Shown in pieces: positions 46,635-59,967 of a stretch of 64,000 nucleotides of DNA; the stretch's first letter is position 1, and every line of letters starts with the position of its first letter. The stretch is taken from NCBI GenBank assembly GCA_025603075.1, contig MU626345.1, positions 21,856 through 85,855 on the forward strand, given 5' to 3'. Under the pieces are notes generated by a model that was not told the origin of the DNA, ran no database searches, and worked only from the letters and a program-made list of their open reading frames with translations. The DNA comes from Neoconidiobolus thromboides FSU 785 (lineage: Eukaryota; Fungi; Entomophthoromycota). The translations under genes were made by a program, and so were the position numbers.

Positions 46635-48659
46635 TTAGTTTACTGCACTTTCTTCAGCTATATCTTCTATTCTTGGACGGCAAGTTGCCTTTTTTGTATG
46701 TCTGACTTGAGCATCTTTACGTCCAAACTTTTTATTACAGCGACCACAACTAAATGGCTTCATTTTAAGATGAATTTTCATATGCCTTATAAGATCTTGG
46801 CGTCTACGAAACATCGACGGACAATCAGCACAAGAAAATGGTCTTTGGGCATTGTGGGTCAAGACATGTTTACGAATAGATGATAAGCTTCCACATATAG
46901 ATTGGCAAGTAGGATATGGACATATTAACGGGAAATTTAGATTGGTCGCAGTAATTTCTAAATACTTTAAAGAGTCATTTAAAATAGGAAGCGCTGCAGA
47001 GCCTGGTTGCTTAAATATGGTAGTTGCATTCCCCCAATTTGATTTGGTTAATGCAGGTACTACTTTTGATCCCAAACTTCCCTCCTTTAATAAGACATTT
47101 AAAGACAACTGGGGGTCTTCAGGATCCATCATTAACAATTCTGCATGGCTCATCCCTTTTTTAGCGCTCGAATCACGGCTTATTACCATAGACATTTCTT
47201 CTGATATATTCGTATTTTCAAATACTTCATTTATAATTGAAAGTGATTTATTGAACTCAGATCCTTTATTTTGACTGTCCTTTTTCTTCCCTTTCTTTAC
47301 TTTTTCTTTTTTTTGTACTGATTTTGAACCATTATATGATTTGTTAGTTGAATCGAGAGCCTTGGTGCCTAAAATATCGAATGGCTCTTCCGAAATAGGC
47401 GGGCAACTTATTACTATCTGTGATGAAGCTTTGAAATTATTCTCGTTTTGAAAATCCGTATTTTGGAATTCTATACTTCGCTGTTGTATAATTTGTTGTT
47501 GCTGATTTTGGGCTAAAATTGGAGTATTTGTGATAGAATGTGACATTCCGATACACGGATAGCTAAGTTTACGATGACAAAAACCTGGAGTATTAGAAAC
47601 TGATGGTATACCATTTATAAACCTATAGCTTTCTATTGCCGTACTATTCCTTCGATTAATAGAATTGTATATAGGTGTAGACGGAATTTTAATAGCAGAT
47701 ACAGGTGTCCCTTCATAAGGTGACACAGATAAAGGGAAGCTACTGATGGCAGCAGGAGTCATACTAGATGCAGGTGCAAAGTTAACGTTATTTGCATAGT
47801 TAAAGGCAATTAAATTTGGCTCATTTTGTTGAGAGAAATCATTGATTGGGTATTGATAATTAATACCATATGGAAAGGAAGCTAGAGGAATTGAGTTAAT
47901 GTTTAAATTCAAAGAATCTCGAATATATTGATGGTTTAAATGGTCTGAGGGCTGAGCAAATCCATCAGTTCTTAAATTATTATTATTCATGGAATACAAT
48001 TCAAAGTTGTTCGACATATCATAATTGTTTTGAGGATATGATACATTGTTGTTTATAGATTGCCCTTGGTCTACTATAAAATCATCGCTTTGATTTATGC
48101 TTTGTGAGACCAAATTGTTAAAATTATAGCCTATATACTGCTTTGATTCATAAAACGAGCTAATAGTTTGAGTGGGGTCATACTGAAATACTTCCGCATT
48201 AGGGGTAATAAAGGAAGGAGGGTCAACAAAGGAAGGTTCTGGGAAATAAAGGAAAGGTTGAGAAGTCAACTCAAAGCTATTTCCGAGACTTGATTTTAGG
48301 ACTCCAAGTTTATTTTTTATTACACCCATAGTTTCGGAGGTCGGTAAGGTGTTTAAGGCAGTAGTGAGAGTAGAGCAAGAGGATTTTCTTGTATCATTAG
48401 AACTTGGTTTCAGGCTAATATCTTCGATATCTTTCTTTACCTTTAATAAGTCTTGATTTATGTTTTTTATCAATTGTGCCAAACTTGATTTAGATTGAGG
48501 AGTAAGGTTTCTTTCTTGGTTCAAGAAATTTGATAAAAAGTTGGGATCTAATATTCCTGGAAAGTCTTCTACTAACTTCAAATTTATCAGAGTATTCCTT
48601 AAGAAGGCTATCTCTTCCTTCTTTAATGTATATTCGTCACTACTTGTAGCATCCACCAT
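46635..48659 (-). CDS. C2H2 zinc-finger transcription factor with three C-terminal fingers (Crz1/Rpn4-like finger sequences)
   Basis: CPYPTC..H, CADC..FRRRQDLIRHMKIH and CGRC..FGRKDAQVRH; long low-complexity N/Q/S region; basic NLS-like stretch. Confidence 0.85.
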   Translation of the reverse strand: MVDATSSDEYTLKKEEIAFLRNTLINLKLVEDFPGILDPNFLSNFLNQERNLTPQSKSSLAQLIKNINQDLLKVKKDIEDISLKPSSNDTRKSSCSTLTTALNTLPTSETMGVIKNKLGVLKSSLGNSFELTSQPFLYFPEPSFVDPPSFITPNAEVFQYDPTQTISSFYESKQYIGYNFNNLVSQSINQSDDFIVDQGQSINNNVSYPQNNYDMSNNFELYSMNNNNLRTDGFAQPSDHLNHQYIRDSLNLNINSIPLASFPYGINYQYPINDFSQQNEPNLIAFNYANNVNFAPASSMTPAAISSFPLSVSPYEGTPVSAIKIPSTPIYNSINRRNSTAIESYRFINGIPSVSNTPGFCHRKLSYPCIGMSHSITNTPILAQNQQQQIIQQRSIEFQNTDFQNENNFKASSQIVISCPPISEEPFDILGTKALDSTNKSYNGSKSVQKKEKVKKGKKKDSQNKGSEFNKSLSIINEVFENTNISEEMSMVISRDSSAKKGMSHAELLMMDPEDPQLSLNVLLKEGSLGSKVVPALTKSNWGNATTIFKQPGSAALPILNDSLKYLEITATNLNFPLICPYPTCQSICGSLSSIRKHVLTHNAQRPFSCADCPSMFRRRQDLIRHMKIHLKMKPFSCGRCNKKFGRKDAQVRHTKKATCRPRIEDIAEESAVN

Positions 48660-49822
48660 TTTATTTAGTTTACCAACCTTTTATGTTTTCAAAATTTTCC
48701 AAGAGCATATTTCCAAATTTAATTTAATTTTTTTTTGGTCGAACCAAGTTTTTAATAAGTTTAATTGGTCGAGCAATTTTCAAATATTTTTTCTGGTCTG
48801 GGTTATGCAGAACACATATATGCTTTATTCATTTTATTTTTACCGAAGTACTATTGCAAAATACTAATATGTTGGGTTCTTCTTAAAATAGAATTTTGCA
48901 ATATTTAAATAAACTGAAATGAAAATGTGAGCTTTTTGTGGACAAAATTCGAAGTCTAATGATTACATTGGTTTCAGATTTTACTCAATGATTCATTACC
49001 TTCCCAATTGAATAATTTATTTTATTCGCTTCTATTTTTACCAGCCTTGTGCTATATGCTTTGTAAAAGCATCATTGGTTAAATAAGGACAGATGTTAGC
49101 TTTACAGGATAAATTAACTTTTGAAGTATAAATTCCGATACAATTCCACATCAAAAATTCACGTTTGATAGAAATAAAATTTCTCATGCTCTACTTCTAT
49201 GAAAGTAAAAAATGGTTTACTAATAAATTGAGTTTAGCAGTAATTCACAGTGTTTTTTCTATATATAATATTTTAATTTATATGCTTTCAAATGATGTTA
49301 CATATTATTGGCTTATACGGGTTATTATGATCAATATATTAATTATTACTACTTATTTATATGATTATTTGTTCTATTGCGGCTTGTATGTCCTAAAAAC
49401 TGTTTATAAAGAATATTTCTGTGTAATTTTTTGTTCTCAATCTCTAAAATGTAAAGGCAAATACTCAATTTAAATGGTCTGGATCCAGAGCTAATGATAT
49501 ATATTATAAATATTTGTTAAATATTTAGTAATCAAGTGATAGAACTTATTTGTATAAACTTTTCAAATTTATCCATCATTTTTCATTTTTCAAAAATATA
49601 AAGTTTCTATATGAAGCAAATGTCTCTAAGATAAGAGATTAATAAATTTACCTGAGAATAAAATGTTAAAAAATGCTGTTTGTATTGTACAACTAAATGC
49701 TGAATGCAAAAATTGGTTTGGATGCAAAATTGGGCGAATATTATTTGCAATATAAATTTTATGTTGCTTTATTTGAAACTATCAGTATAAGTATAACATA
49801 AAAGGTGATGTTAGTAAAACGT

Positions 49823-49921
49823 GGGACTGTGTTTTTGTGTTTAAGAATTTTACTAATAGATTTTTCACTCAAATAGTACTTAAAAGATAAAAAGAAGTAA
49901 TGAAGCCAAAAAAACACTCTC
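49823..49921 (+). mobile_element. MITE copy 14
   Basis: ACGT[GGGACTGT...ACACTCTC]ATAT. Confidence 0.82.
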
Positions 49922-50409
49922 ATATAGAGTATGATTAAATTTCAAATTATATACCTGGTCATCAGGTGCGTTGAAGTCTTGGTTATATCATCCTTTATGT
50001 ATGATATTATTCACTACCTAGACTTACCTCTTCAGCTCACACTGTCCAACGTAGAACTCCTCACCAATTGGGAAACTCTCACGTTGCCTTGAGCCCTATA
50101 ATCTTCTACCATGTTAGCATTAACTGATGGAAATGTCGCATTTATGGGGATCGCAGATTTCATTTTCAGTTTACTGCTTTTTTAGTATCATGTCCCTAAC
50201 AACATGACCATATCTGTTTATAATAACCAATCTAGGTGTTACAAATTATCAATAAGGTTGTAGCTGGGAGTATACTTTTTCATTAGTCTGTTTTAACTTA
50301 ATTAAAAGACCCAAAGCTTGCAACAATTATATTTTTATGTTTATATATTTTTAACACAATATTATATTAATTGAAAATTTATAATAATTTAACTTCAATA
50401 TTATTATAT

Positions 50410-50507
50410 GGGGACGTACTTTTGTGTATAAGAATTTTACTAACAATTTTTGCACTCAAGTAGCGCTTAAGAACGGAAAAAATAATGAAATCAAAAAAAA
50501 TACTTAC
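50410..50507 (+). mobile_element. MITE copy 15
   Basis: ATAT[GGGGACGT...ATACTTAC]ATAT. Confidence 0.85.
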
Positions 50508-50567
50508 ATATTCTAAAAAAGCATCCTTAGAAAAAAAAACTGTATTTCTTGAATTATAAAAGGATTT

Positions 50568-50666
50568 GGGGATGTATTTTTGTATTTAAGAATTTTACCA
50601 ACAAATTTTCCACTCAAATAGCGCTTAAAAAATGGAAAAAATAATGAAGTCAAAAAAAACACTCCC
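50568..50666 (+). mobile_element. MITE copy 16 (ATTT target duplication)
   Basis: ATTT[GGGGATGT...ACACTCCC]ATTT. Confidence 0.92.
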
Positions 50667-53600
50667 ATTTATTGATTCTCAAATGCTTCGTTGATAAGTA
50701 TAATATAGATAACTTGATAGAGTTAGAGGACTAGAGATATATATAGTTAATGAGGTAGGTAAGTTTCATGATGTGCTATAATTAAAACAAAGGTTTTTTC
50801 TGAAAGCTGAAGAGTTTGGTTTTTAATTTAGTCCAACTTAAAATTAAATATAAAAATTTCTGGTTGAGCAATTTACTCTGTTGTGTTGGCATAATCAAAA
50901 GTAATCTGCTATAATTAACTTTATTTTTATTAAAATTCCAAAAATAAAAAATCATCAAAGTTTTGATAAACTATTTATATATGCTCATAAGTTTCCATTA
51001 GAACTCGATGTAACTCATCTTTAATATATTTACTGAAAACTCTGTGTATATCTGTAGTTGAAATTTCTGTACAGACAGGAAATTAGTATGTATATATCTA
51101 CAATGAAAGAATCTATAAGAAAAGCTGTACAATAAATAAAACTGTACAATAAATAAAGGTTATAAGAATATAGCCTATGCTTAAATGCTTACAGACAGCT
51201 CTGACACAAGATGCGCTTGTACAGCCTTAAATATTATTAGGTTATTTATAAACGACTAGAAAAGTATTAACTATAAATTTTATAAGTTGCCTTCAAAATA
51301 TAAAAGAATACTCAATTAGTAGAAAACTTTAGAGCTTACATCTAAAAGACTTTTAAAAGTTATAAGTATAATATGAAAGAAGTACATGAAAAAATTAAGT
51401 ACCAGGTTATAGGACAATTCACTATTATTCTTGGATTAAATTGGTTATTATATAATTGAAAAGTATCCCCGCCTTTTGTCATTTGTATTAATAGTCTAAT
51501 TTTTTGATCTCATTTGTTACTATGAAATATTTACTATTCCAACTTCACTTTTAAGACTCAATCACTTTTAGCTATAATTAAGATCAAAAATTCAAAAATC
51601 TAGAAAATTTTAAATGTAATTATATAGTTTTATTAATTTTAATTTTTCTCCACCATAGTTTTATAGCTTAGCACCATGTTTAAACCTAATTTAATTCGAT
51701 CAATCAATCCCATTTGAAAGTTCATTTCTAAAAGTTTATTAATTTTATTTTATTTTCTGTATAAAGGAAGATTTTAGCTCAAAGCATATACTATTCAAAA
51801 TCATTAAATAATTACAATGTATTATATTAGTGAGAATGATTGTTTATGTTATTTGAATCAATATTGCAACAATTTTTGCTAATGATTAATTTAGGGTTTC
51901 GTTTTAAAAATACTCGCAAATTATTGATCAAAGTAATATAATAGCTTTATTAAATTTGATATGTTTAGGGCATATGCTCACATTTAAATTTGTAACATAA
52001 GCTATTACGATTTGCATATACGAGATATCATTACCCATATGTAAAATCGATAAATTATTTAATAGTACAGCTAACTAACAATAAAAAATCCGATACAATT
52101 AATGATAAATATAGAAACGTTTCATAATATAAAAGGTAATAAGTAGATTTTAAATTTATAAGATATAATATAGAATTTAAGGGATAATCATGTATTTTTT
52201 GGCTGTGTGGAAATCCAGTAGACATTAAATGTTTCAGGCTTACTCACGCTTATCATAAAAAAGCGTATAACTAATTTTTTTATAAGCTAAGCCCATTTGC
52301 TATGTAATAACCATCTCCTAAGAGTAATTCAAGATCTATAAGATTTATAAGATGTATATGATAAAAAATAGCTTATACTACTGTTTGATGTCAAATCTCA
52401 TATATACAAAGTCACACAAACGATATTTACATACTTAATTGCATTATACACACATTTTCATCACGCTATATTTGACCAATTAAATCGTTGTTCAAATATG
52501 TTTACTTCTTTTTCATAATTAGATATCTTCCATTTTAATGTATTTTAATATAAGAAAATTCCCCCGCTATAGGTACTAAAGAGCCATATCAAAAATTAAT
52601 TTATGTAATATAATAAAATAAATATTGATAAAACATAACCAATTAGCAATTACATATTTTTTCAAATATCAGACGCTAAAAAGTTGATTTTTAATTAAAC
52701 TAATATTAAAGATAATTTTGAAATTTTGAAATTGATTCCATTCTTAAATTATATTTAAGCTTACACGGAAAATAATCAAAAGTGAAAAGAATTGAGATAT
52801 ATAAGTGATTGTGGATAACAAATACAATATTGAATCGATATTGTAATCTAACTAACTGTCAGTGTATTCAAAGTAAAATGAATTAATAATTAAAGTTTTT
52901 AGCTTTAATTTAATATTCTTAATAAAGTAACCAGAATTTTAGCTTGAAATCAATGTTATCATATAAAAGACATTCAAATATTGTGTGATCAAAATAATCT
53001 AGATTATAATGTGGCTTATTTGAAATTTAACGTTAAAAATCTCATCTATTAAAATTGATTTCAACATCATTATAATTCAATTTTTAGCTTAACCTCACTT
53101 TGAGTTTAATTATACTTTGCACCACATATTATATATATTAATTAGGTTCATCAAGTATGATACTTAAGAGCTATCTTTATAGTAATTCTTTGTTACTCCA
53201 TTACTATTTTCATAGCTATAATACACTATTTTATTTTGTAAAAAAGATAGTAATAAGGTACAGATAAGCTGCATAAAATTTTATTAAATGTGGTTACTTA
53301 TTATATCTAATTATATAATAATCGTAGATAAACTTTTTTATTCAATGACTCGCTAACTCAAATAGTAAAAGGTTAGGGTGAACATACTCGATGCTTAATC
53401 TTGGCTTTATAAAATACATCCCTATCTAATGCTCAAAATAGGTGGCTTCACAAAATCTCAAAAGAAATATTTGTCCTTATCAAATAATAGTGTATTATTT
53501 TCTTGCTTGATTGATAATAATTGGATGTTTTGTTTTACTCACTCTTTGCGTAATTATATTTAAATTTTATAACAGTAAATGAACTATTTAATTAAAAAAA

Positions 53601-54018
53601 TATAAGCGAATAAATGACCAATGAAAGTTTATATTGTACAATATGATTGAATGGCTTATTTAATAAAGATTCATTCAAGTTTTATTTAACATTACACTCC
53701 TTTTTACTCCTTACCCCTAAATAACTTTTAATATTTAATATTGTATTGATGGTGTACTTCCAATTTTGATTATGGGGTAGAATGTGTTCAAGAAACTTAG
53801 CTTATAAATCCATTTTTGGGATATATTTGAGTAAAATTTGCCCCTGCAACCTAATAAATATGTGTTTTTACCATGAGAAATGAAAACATAGCATTGAAAT
53901 AAGAATAATAACCAATTAACTTCAATAGATGTATTTTATCACTTAAAACTAAAAGCTAGGAGATGTATACTATCTTTTAAAATCAGTTAAACCAAAAAGG
54001 ATTTTAGAATCTGGGCAC

Positions 54019-54033
54019 TATATAAAGCCCCAG
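54019..54033 (+). promoter_or_regulatory. TATA box with adjacent SYGGRG (CreA/Mig1-type) site upstream of creA
   Basis: TATATAAA at 54019-54026; CCCCAG at 54028-54033 reads CTGGGG on the minus strand. Confidence 0.5.
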
Positions 54034-54249
54034 GTTGGTAATCTGGGACATAATAACAGTTTTTAATATTTTGCTATAATTCTTTTACTACTCTAATATA
54101 ATTTATTTTATATCAACAGTATAACGCTATAATCTAACTATTTCAAGTTATCATTTAACAAATATCAAGTAAACTTTGTAAGTATTACTTTAATCAATAA
54201 CGCCTATATTTTCGAACTTTGTATTTATTAAATAATCTAATATCCTAAA

Positions 54250-55137
54250 ATGAATTCAATTAAAACAGAAACTCCTATCGATAATAATAACTTAAAGCCA
54301 ACTCCTACATTGAAAAAAACCAATGGAAAAAGAGGGCAATCTAATCGTACTAGTAAAAATCCCGGAGAAAGACCATTTAAATGTACTTACTGCCCTAAAG
54401 CTTTTCATCGCTTAGAACACCAAACACGTCATATTCGTACTCATACTGGAGAAAAGCCATATTCATGCTCTTTTGCTGGTTGTGAAAAGAAATTCTCACG
54501 TTCAGATGAATTAACAAGGCATAATAAAATACATGCTAAACGTATGCAACAGATGCGTGAATCGATGAACGAACAAAACTATTTATTGCCTTACGCACAT
54601 GTCTTAAGTAATAACTTTTTCTTAAATCCATATTTAAGATATCCACAAGACTACTTAAAACAAAACGAACAAACACATCAACAAATTGTATACAATCAAC
54701 AAGAATTTATTCCTGTTGTTCCATCGAACTATCCTATCGATATCAATGGACAAATTTCTACAAATTTATTCCAAATTCAATACGTAAATGGGTGCGAAAA
54801 TCAATTAAACCAGTGGCAACTTCCAGTTGACTTGAGTTATTTCCAAGAATCAAACGGTTCTTCTACTCCTGAAACTGATTTAAGCTACAATTCAACTTTA
54901 AATACACCTTTAGTTAACGGACAAAACAGCTGGGAATTCCAAGATGTTTTCTTGACTAAGCCAGAACCATCTTATGATTATTCTAATTTAGATTATAATA
55001 ATCGTAGTGGTAAAATTGATGATATCCTAAACCAACCTCAGTTATTTGAGTCTATTCAAGATAAATTCCATCCTTCTCGCCTTCCACCTTTACAACACTT
55101 ATTAGAAAACACCTCCAAATCAAATGTTCAGTTGTAA
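54250..55137 (+). CDS. creA: Carbon catabolite repressor CreA/Mig1-type C2H2 TF
   Basis: [45 protein letters not shown] signature; C-terminal LPPLQHLL resembles the repression motif. Confidence 0.88.
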   Translation: MNSIKTETPIDNNNLKPTPTLKKTNGKRGQSNRTSKNPGERPFKCTYCPKAFHRLEHQTRHIRTHTGEKPYSCSFAGCEKKFSRSDELTRHNKIHAKRMQQMRESMNEQNYLLPYAHVLSNNFFLNPYLRYPQDYLKQNEQTHQQIVYNQQEFIPVVPSNYPIDINGQISTNLFQIQYVNGCENQLNQWQLPVDLSYFQESNGSSTPETDLSYNSTLNTPLVNGQNSWEFQDVFLTKPEPSYDYSNLDYNNRSGKIDDILNQPQLFESIQDKFHPSRLPPLQHLLENTSKSNVQL

Positions 55138-58100
55138 ACTAAAACATAGCCATCTCCCCTTCCTTTGCATGAATAACTTATTTTTGCTCCTAATTTAAAT
55201 GTACTTTAATAGTGTAAATTAAATAAATTCTATTTATTAAGTAATCTCTAATACATTTTATTTTTTAACATAATAACAAGTTTTCATTTAGACATATAAT
55301 TGTTATATCATTTAATATTATCCTTAGCACATGTTTAAATGGTTAACGTTTTTTCAAAAGAAAAAAGGGTTAAGGGTGTATATAATAAAATTATTTTTAG
55401 TATATTTACCCTTACTTTTGGGAGCTAAAAAAATCAATTGTTTTACAAACTAAGTATATTTAATTATATTAGTTACACATAGCATGCATTATACTCAAAT
55501 GTCATACCCTTGTGATAATATTAATTTTATTTACAAAACAGATAAAAAAATGATTTATTTTTACAGTTGATAAATCTACTTATTGAAATAAAGCTGTTTA
55601 ATATATAACTTCATAAAGCAACCATATTTTAAGAAATCAAAGTTTGAAAAGTTAAATTATTATGTATAATAGGTGGCCATCAAAATATATATCAGCCTGT
55701 TAAAAATAAGTTTCAGAGTTCTTTTTGAATAAATACTAGTATATACATCGGTTTTCTAATAAAATTAATAAATGAAAACAACCTAAACGTGTATTTAACA
55801 ATCCTTTATATCAAGAACAATAAAATTTTATACTCATATTGCTATTTATAAAATTAAGATAGATTAAACTGGGACTTGTATTTAAAAATAGAACTTCATT
55901 CTCTGTCTAAGGTTTTTAACTTAAATTCGAATATGACTATTTTGAGTTCCCATCTGTTACAAAACTTAGAATTTGAAAGAAATGGTTGAGTTAATTTTTT
56001 AAATTCCAAGTTTTAAAAGGAAGGCTTTCATTTATTTAAAGGTTTAGATAGTTGACATTTTTGGTTTTTACAGCATGTACTACATTATCACCTGAAAAAG
56101 ATGTAGTAGTCAAAAACATCTCATTTTTTGATTTAACAATATAGCTGAAAAATCAGAGTTCCTAGCACAAATAGTTTTAAAAACTATTAAGCTATTCACC
56201 TTATTTGTATATACTTCTAATTTATCTAATTGACTGCTGTTTTATGACAAAATCGTTATTTTCTCTGTTTTTCATTAATGTGATATTTAAGGCTTAGGCA
56301 CAAACAATATGATAATATTAATAGTATAACTTCTGAATCATTATTGTTAATAATGATTTTTTTATAAATAGGGGTCTTTTGCCTCAAAATATTCATAGTA
56401 AAAATGATATGTTAAAAAAGGGTTAAAGAGTTATATGCTAAGCATTTTGCTCTGTATAAGTCCGAAAAAGGTTTCAAGGTTTAGGGCATCTTCACTTCAT
56501 TCTCTGATTAATTTCTAATATTTAACTAAATTCTTGGGTATGGAACAATGGTATTTTTTTAAGGATTGAGGGTTTTTTTGCCTTCTTAATAAGGAGTTTT
56601 TTTAAAATATTATTGAATTACACCATGAGATATTGTTATTCAGAAGGGTATTAATTTACAGTCTTACAATATTTAAAGTAAGTATTTGTTTTAGAAAACC
56701 TGCATTCGAGTGTAAAAAACAAGTAAGGTCGATAAATTTAGTATTAAATGTATCCAGTACCAATTTAGATCTCAGCAATACAGATTGCCCATTACACATT
56801 CTATAAACATCCATGTGAAACTACCAATAATGACTTTTAGAGTACATCTCCTATTCTATAAAATAACAATAACCAAAAATGTCTTTATATTAAAAGCAAA
56901 ATTTCAAATGTCACTGAAGCTATTTCTACTTTCTGATTTATAGGATTATAATAGCTGTTATATATATTTTACTTTAAAGTTTTCAACTACTTTGATTTTA
57001 AGGTTTATGTCAGAAAGCAGTCCCTTTAATCGTTAAAAATTAAAATATATGCTAGAATAATAGCGAATATCATGTACAAATAAATTCAAAGTCAAAGTTG
57101 ATATAGACTATTAACATATCAAGGATTTTGATCTGATATGGTGGATATCTAGGAGACATACACTAAGCTCATACCATAACTGAAATAACAATTAAAAGAT
57201 GGGACAAGGTAGCCATCTAACTTTTAGAAGTTGATTTAGTAGATTTATTATTTTAAGCAATTTGTTAATAACTGGATTATGTTTCTACTGAGTCCAAAAT
57301 TTACAATTGTAATAAAATAAGCATTCTCAGATATATTTTTTGATAACTCACTAGGTAAATAATATCAATGAGCTCATATAAAAATATAAAAGAGAAAAAA
57401 GGCTATTTTCAGTAACAATCAATCTCACAACCAATTTTTTATTCAAAATGCTTTCATAATTTAATAAATTGGCTTTACATTACAAAAATCTGGTTTTATA
57501 ATATCTGATAGAAAATGGCCGATAGAAAATAGCCGATAAAAAATACTTAAATTGTTTTTTTCTAAATTACAAGAGCTGTATTTGACACCTATGTTTATAT
57601 TACAGCTAATAGTAATATTCGATATCTATAAATGTTCATTAAAACCATTATCACTAAGCTTATATTTAATTATAGTCTAGTTAATAAGAAAAGAAAGTTC
57701 AATAATCAAGGTTTGAGCAGTTAATTTAATACAGAGTAATGTTTCGATAATCCTTTATTTACAATTTTGACAAGTCTGTAGAAAAACTATACCTATTTAA
57801 AATTGGCTTGTATTATTATTTATTTTCCCTAGGACACTGGCAATATTCTGCATGAGTTATATATGTATGAGTTTCTGAAAACTTGCATTTGAATGTTTTG
57901 AGTATGTTCTTGTTAGTTTCAAATTTACATCCAAATTCTCCTTCTGTAATCTCGTGATGACTAGTGAATGCCGAATTCTGATATACATTATATCCCCCTT
58001 TGATAACCTTACTCGCAACTATAACATTTAGACTAGTCGAAAGTATAGACCTCAAATCTCTTTGGTGATGAACTAGGGTGTTCCATATAGTGGCTCTCAT

Positions 58101-59867
58101 TTTTCTGATATTATATGTTAATATATTGTAAATTATTATATTGATGTTGTATCCTAAATATAAGGTGTTTTAATTTAATCAATCACCTACTTCTATTAGA
58201 CTTATATATGTTTGAAATTTTTTAAAAGTGCTGGACACCTATGATAAATATATTCTTTAATATGACTCATCTTTAATATATTTTATAGGAACAATATGCC
58301 AATGGCTAAATTTTTAACATTAAAAAATTGTTATAAAAAGTGATTTTCAAGAATTTAATAAAATTAGTGAAGCTATAGCTTGATTTGCTAATTATTACTC
58401 AAAATTTAAATTTAGGCTTTCAAGGAACTGCATATTTAGATACAATTATGATTGTGGATTACAAACTGCAATTAGCTATTATTTATTATTGTTAATTTGC
58501 TAAAAATTTCTATTATATGCATTTCTGACTTTTATAGGTTGATTTAATTTTAAAAGTATGGAATTTTAGTTATTTAAATCAATGATTGGTGTTAAAAGCA
58601 GCTATTGCTTAGTTGGCTACACTGTAAGTCGAAAGGTCTTAGTTTATGTGACTAAGATAGACTTGAATTATGAAGAATAGCACGTAATAAGTTATGGACT
58701 ATGTAAAACAAATAGAATAGACAATACTAATGTAAAACCTACGTAAAATACTATTAAGTAAACTTAGTGGCTTTGTTAAATGTTCGAGATATCAGGGAAT
58801 AATTCAGTTAAAAAGCCTAGAACTACTATACTCTAAAATCTCTTTTATACTCTGAAAAATATAAATATCAAAACGAGAAGATAAAATCCTTTGGAGTGAA
58901 GCTAGAAATTCTCATAGCAAATCAAACTAAGAGCGTGCGATTAGTTGTCTCTAAACTCGAAAACACAACAGCTTAGGTGATCATTATGCTATAATTAACC
59001 ATGGGGCTGGCAAAGCGATATTTCACAATACGTATTATCTGATGAATATTTACTATCATTATTTTTTTATTAAGCCTTGATAAAATGAATTATTTAGTAA
59101 ATATTGTATAATAGTTTCAATTTGCTCATATTTAGTTTTTTTTGTATTTTTGACAATAGGTTGTAATATTGATGTTTAATTATTATTATTACTTATTTTT
59201 GAATAATCATACTGATTTCTATTTATATTGAACCCAAAACTTTTACAATCATCAAAAGAGTGTACTGAAGCTATAGTTGATAATAACGCTATTTGTTGAT
59301 TTTTATTTCCTGTTTTTCTTAAAGCAATAGTTTTATACGTTGCTTGATTAAGTTTATTATTATCAATAGTAAACTTTGATAATATATCTTTTCTTTGTTT
59401 TGTTTTATTGTAAAATTCCATAAACCCTGGGTTATTATAAGTAGCTCTTAAAATTGATACAAATGAATTGTAATGTTTATATTAGTACTCCTCCCTATTG
59501 TATTGAAATTTTCAAAAATTTCATTTCGAAGTTTAGTTATGAAAGTTTGCATTTTATTTTTATTTCAACAAAAAATAAAGTCAAATAACTGTATTTATGT
59601 GATTATATAGCTATATATTATATATTTACTAGATATTTAACAGAAACAACATAAAGCATATAGTTAGAAAAATTAACCATTTAAGAAAAAGAAAAAATTA
59701 AAATAAGTTTTTTAAGTTAAATAAAGTGATTTAATTTTAGACTTTTTAGATTTAACCGTCACGTTAAAGATACAAATTTAAAAATTAGATTAATTTGAAA
59801 GTAAATTCTGAAACCAACTCCGACAACCCTATTTAAATTTTGTTTTAAACTTTCGTTTTTAATACAT

Positions 59868-59967
59868 GGGGATATATTTTTGTGTTTAAGAATTTTACTA
59901 ACAATTTTTTTGCTCAAATAGCGCTTAAAAGATAGAAAAAGTGGTGAAGCCAAAAAAGACACCCTTC
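59868..59967 (+). mobile_element. MITE copy 17
   Basis: ACAT[GGGGATAT...ACCCTTC]ATAT. Confidence 0.85.

Noticed and set aside
51014-58284. 19-bp match ACTCATCTTTAATATATTT at ~51014 and ~58265
   Set aside because: AT-rich, chance-level match with no extended homology.
3141-59962. Short ORFs at 3141, 8361, 21278 and 59759 sharing similar translations (e.g. FLSFKRYLS, KHKNTSPY)
   Set aside because: They are read-throughs of MITE sequence, not a peptide family.
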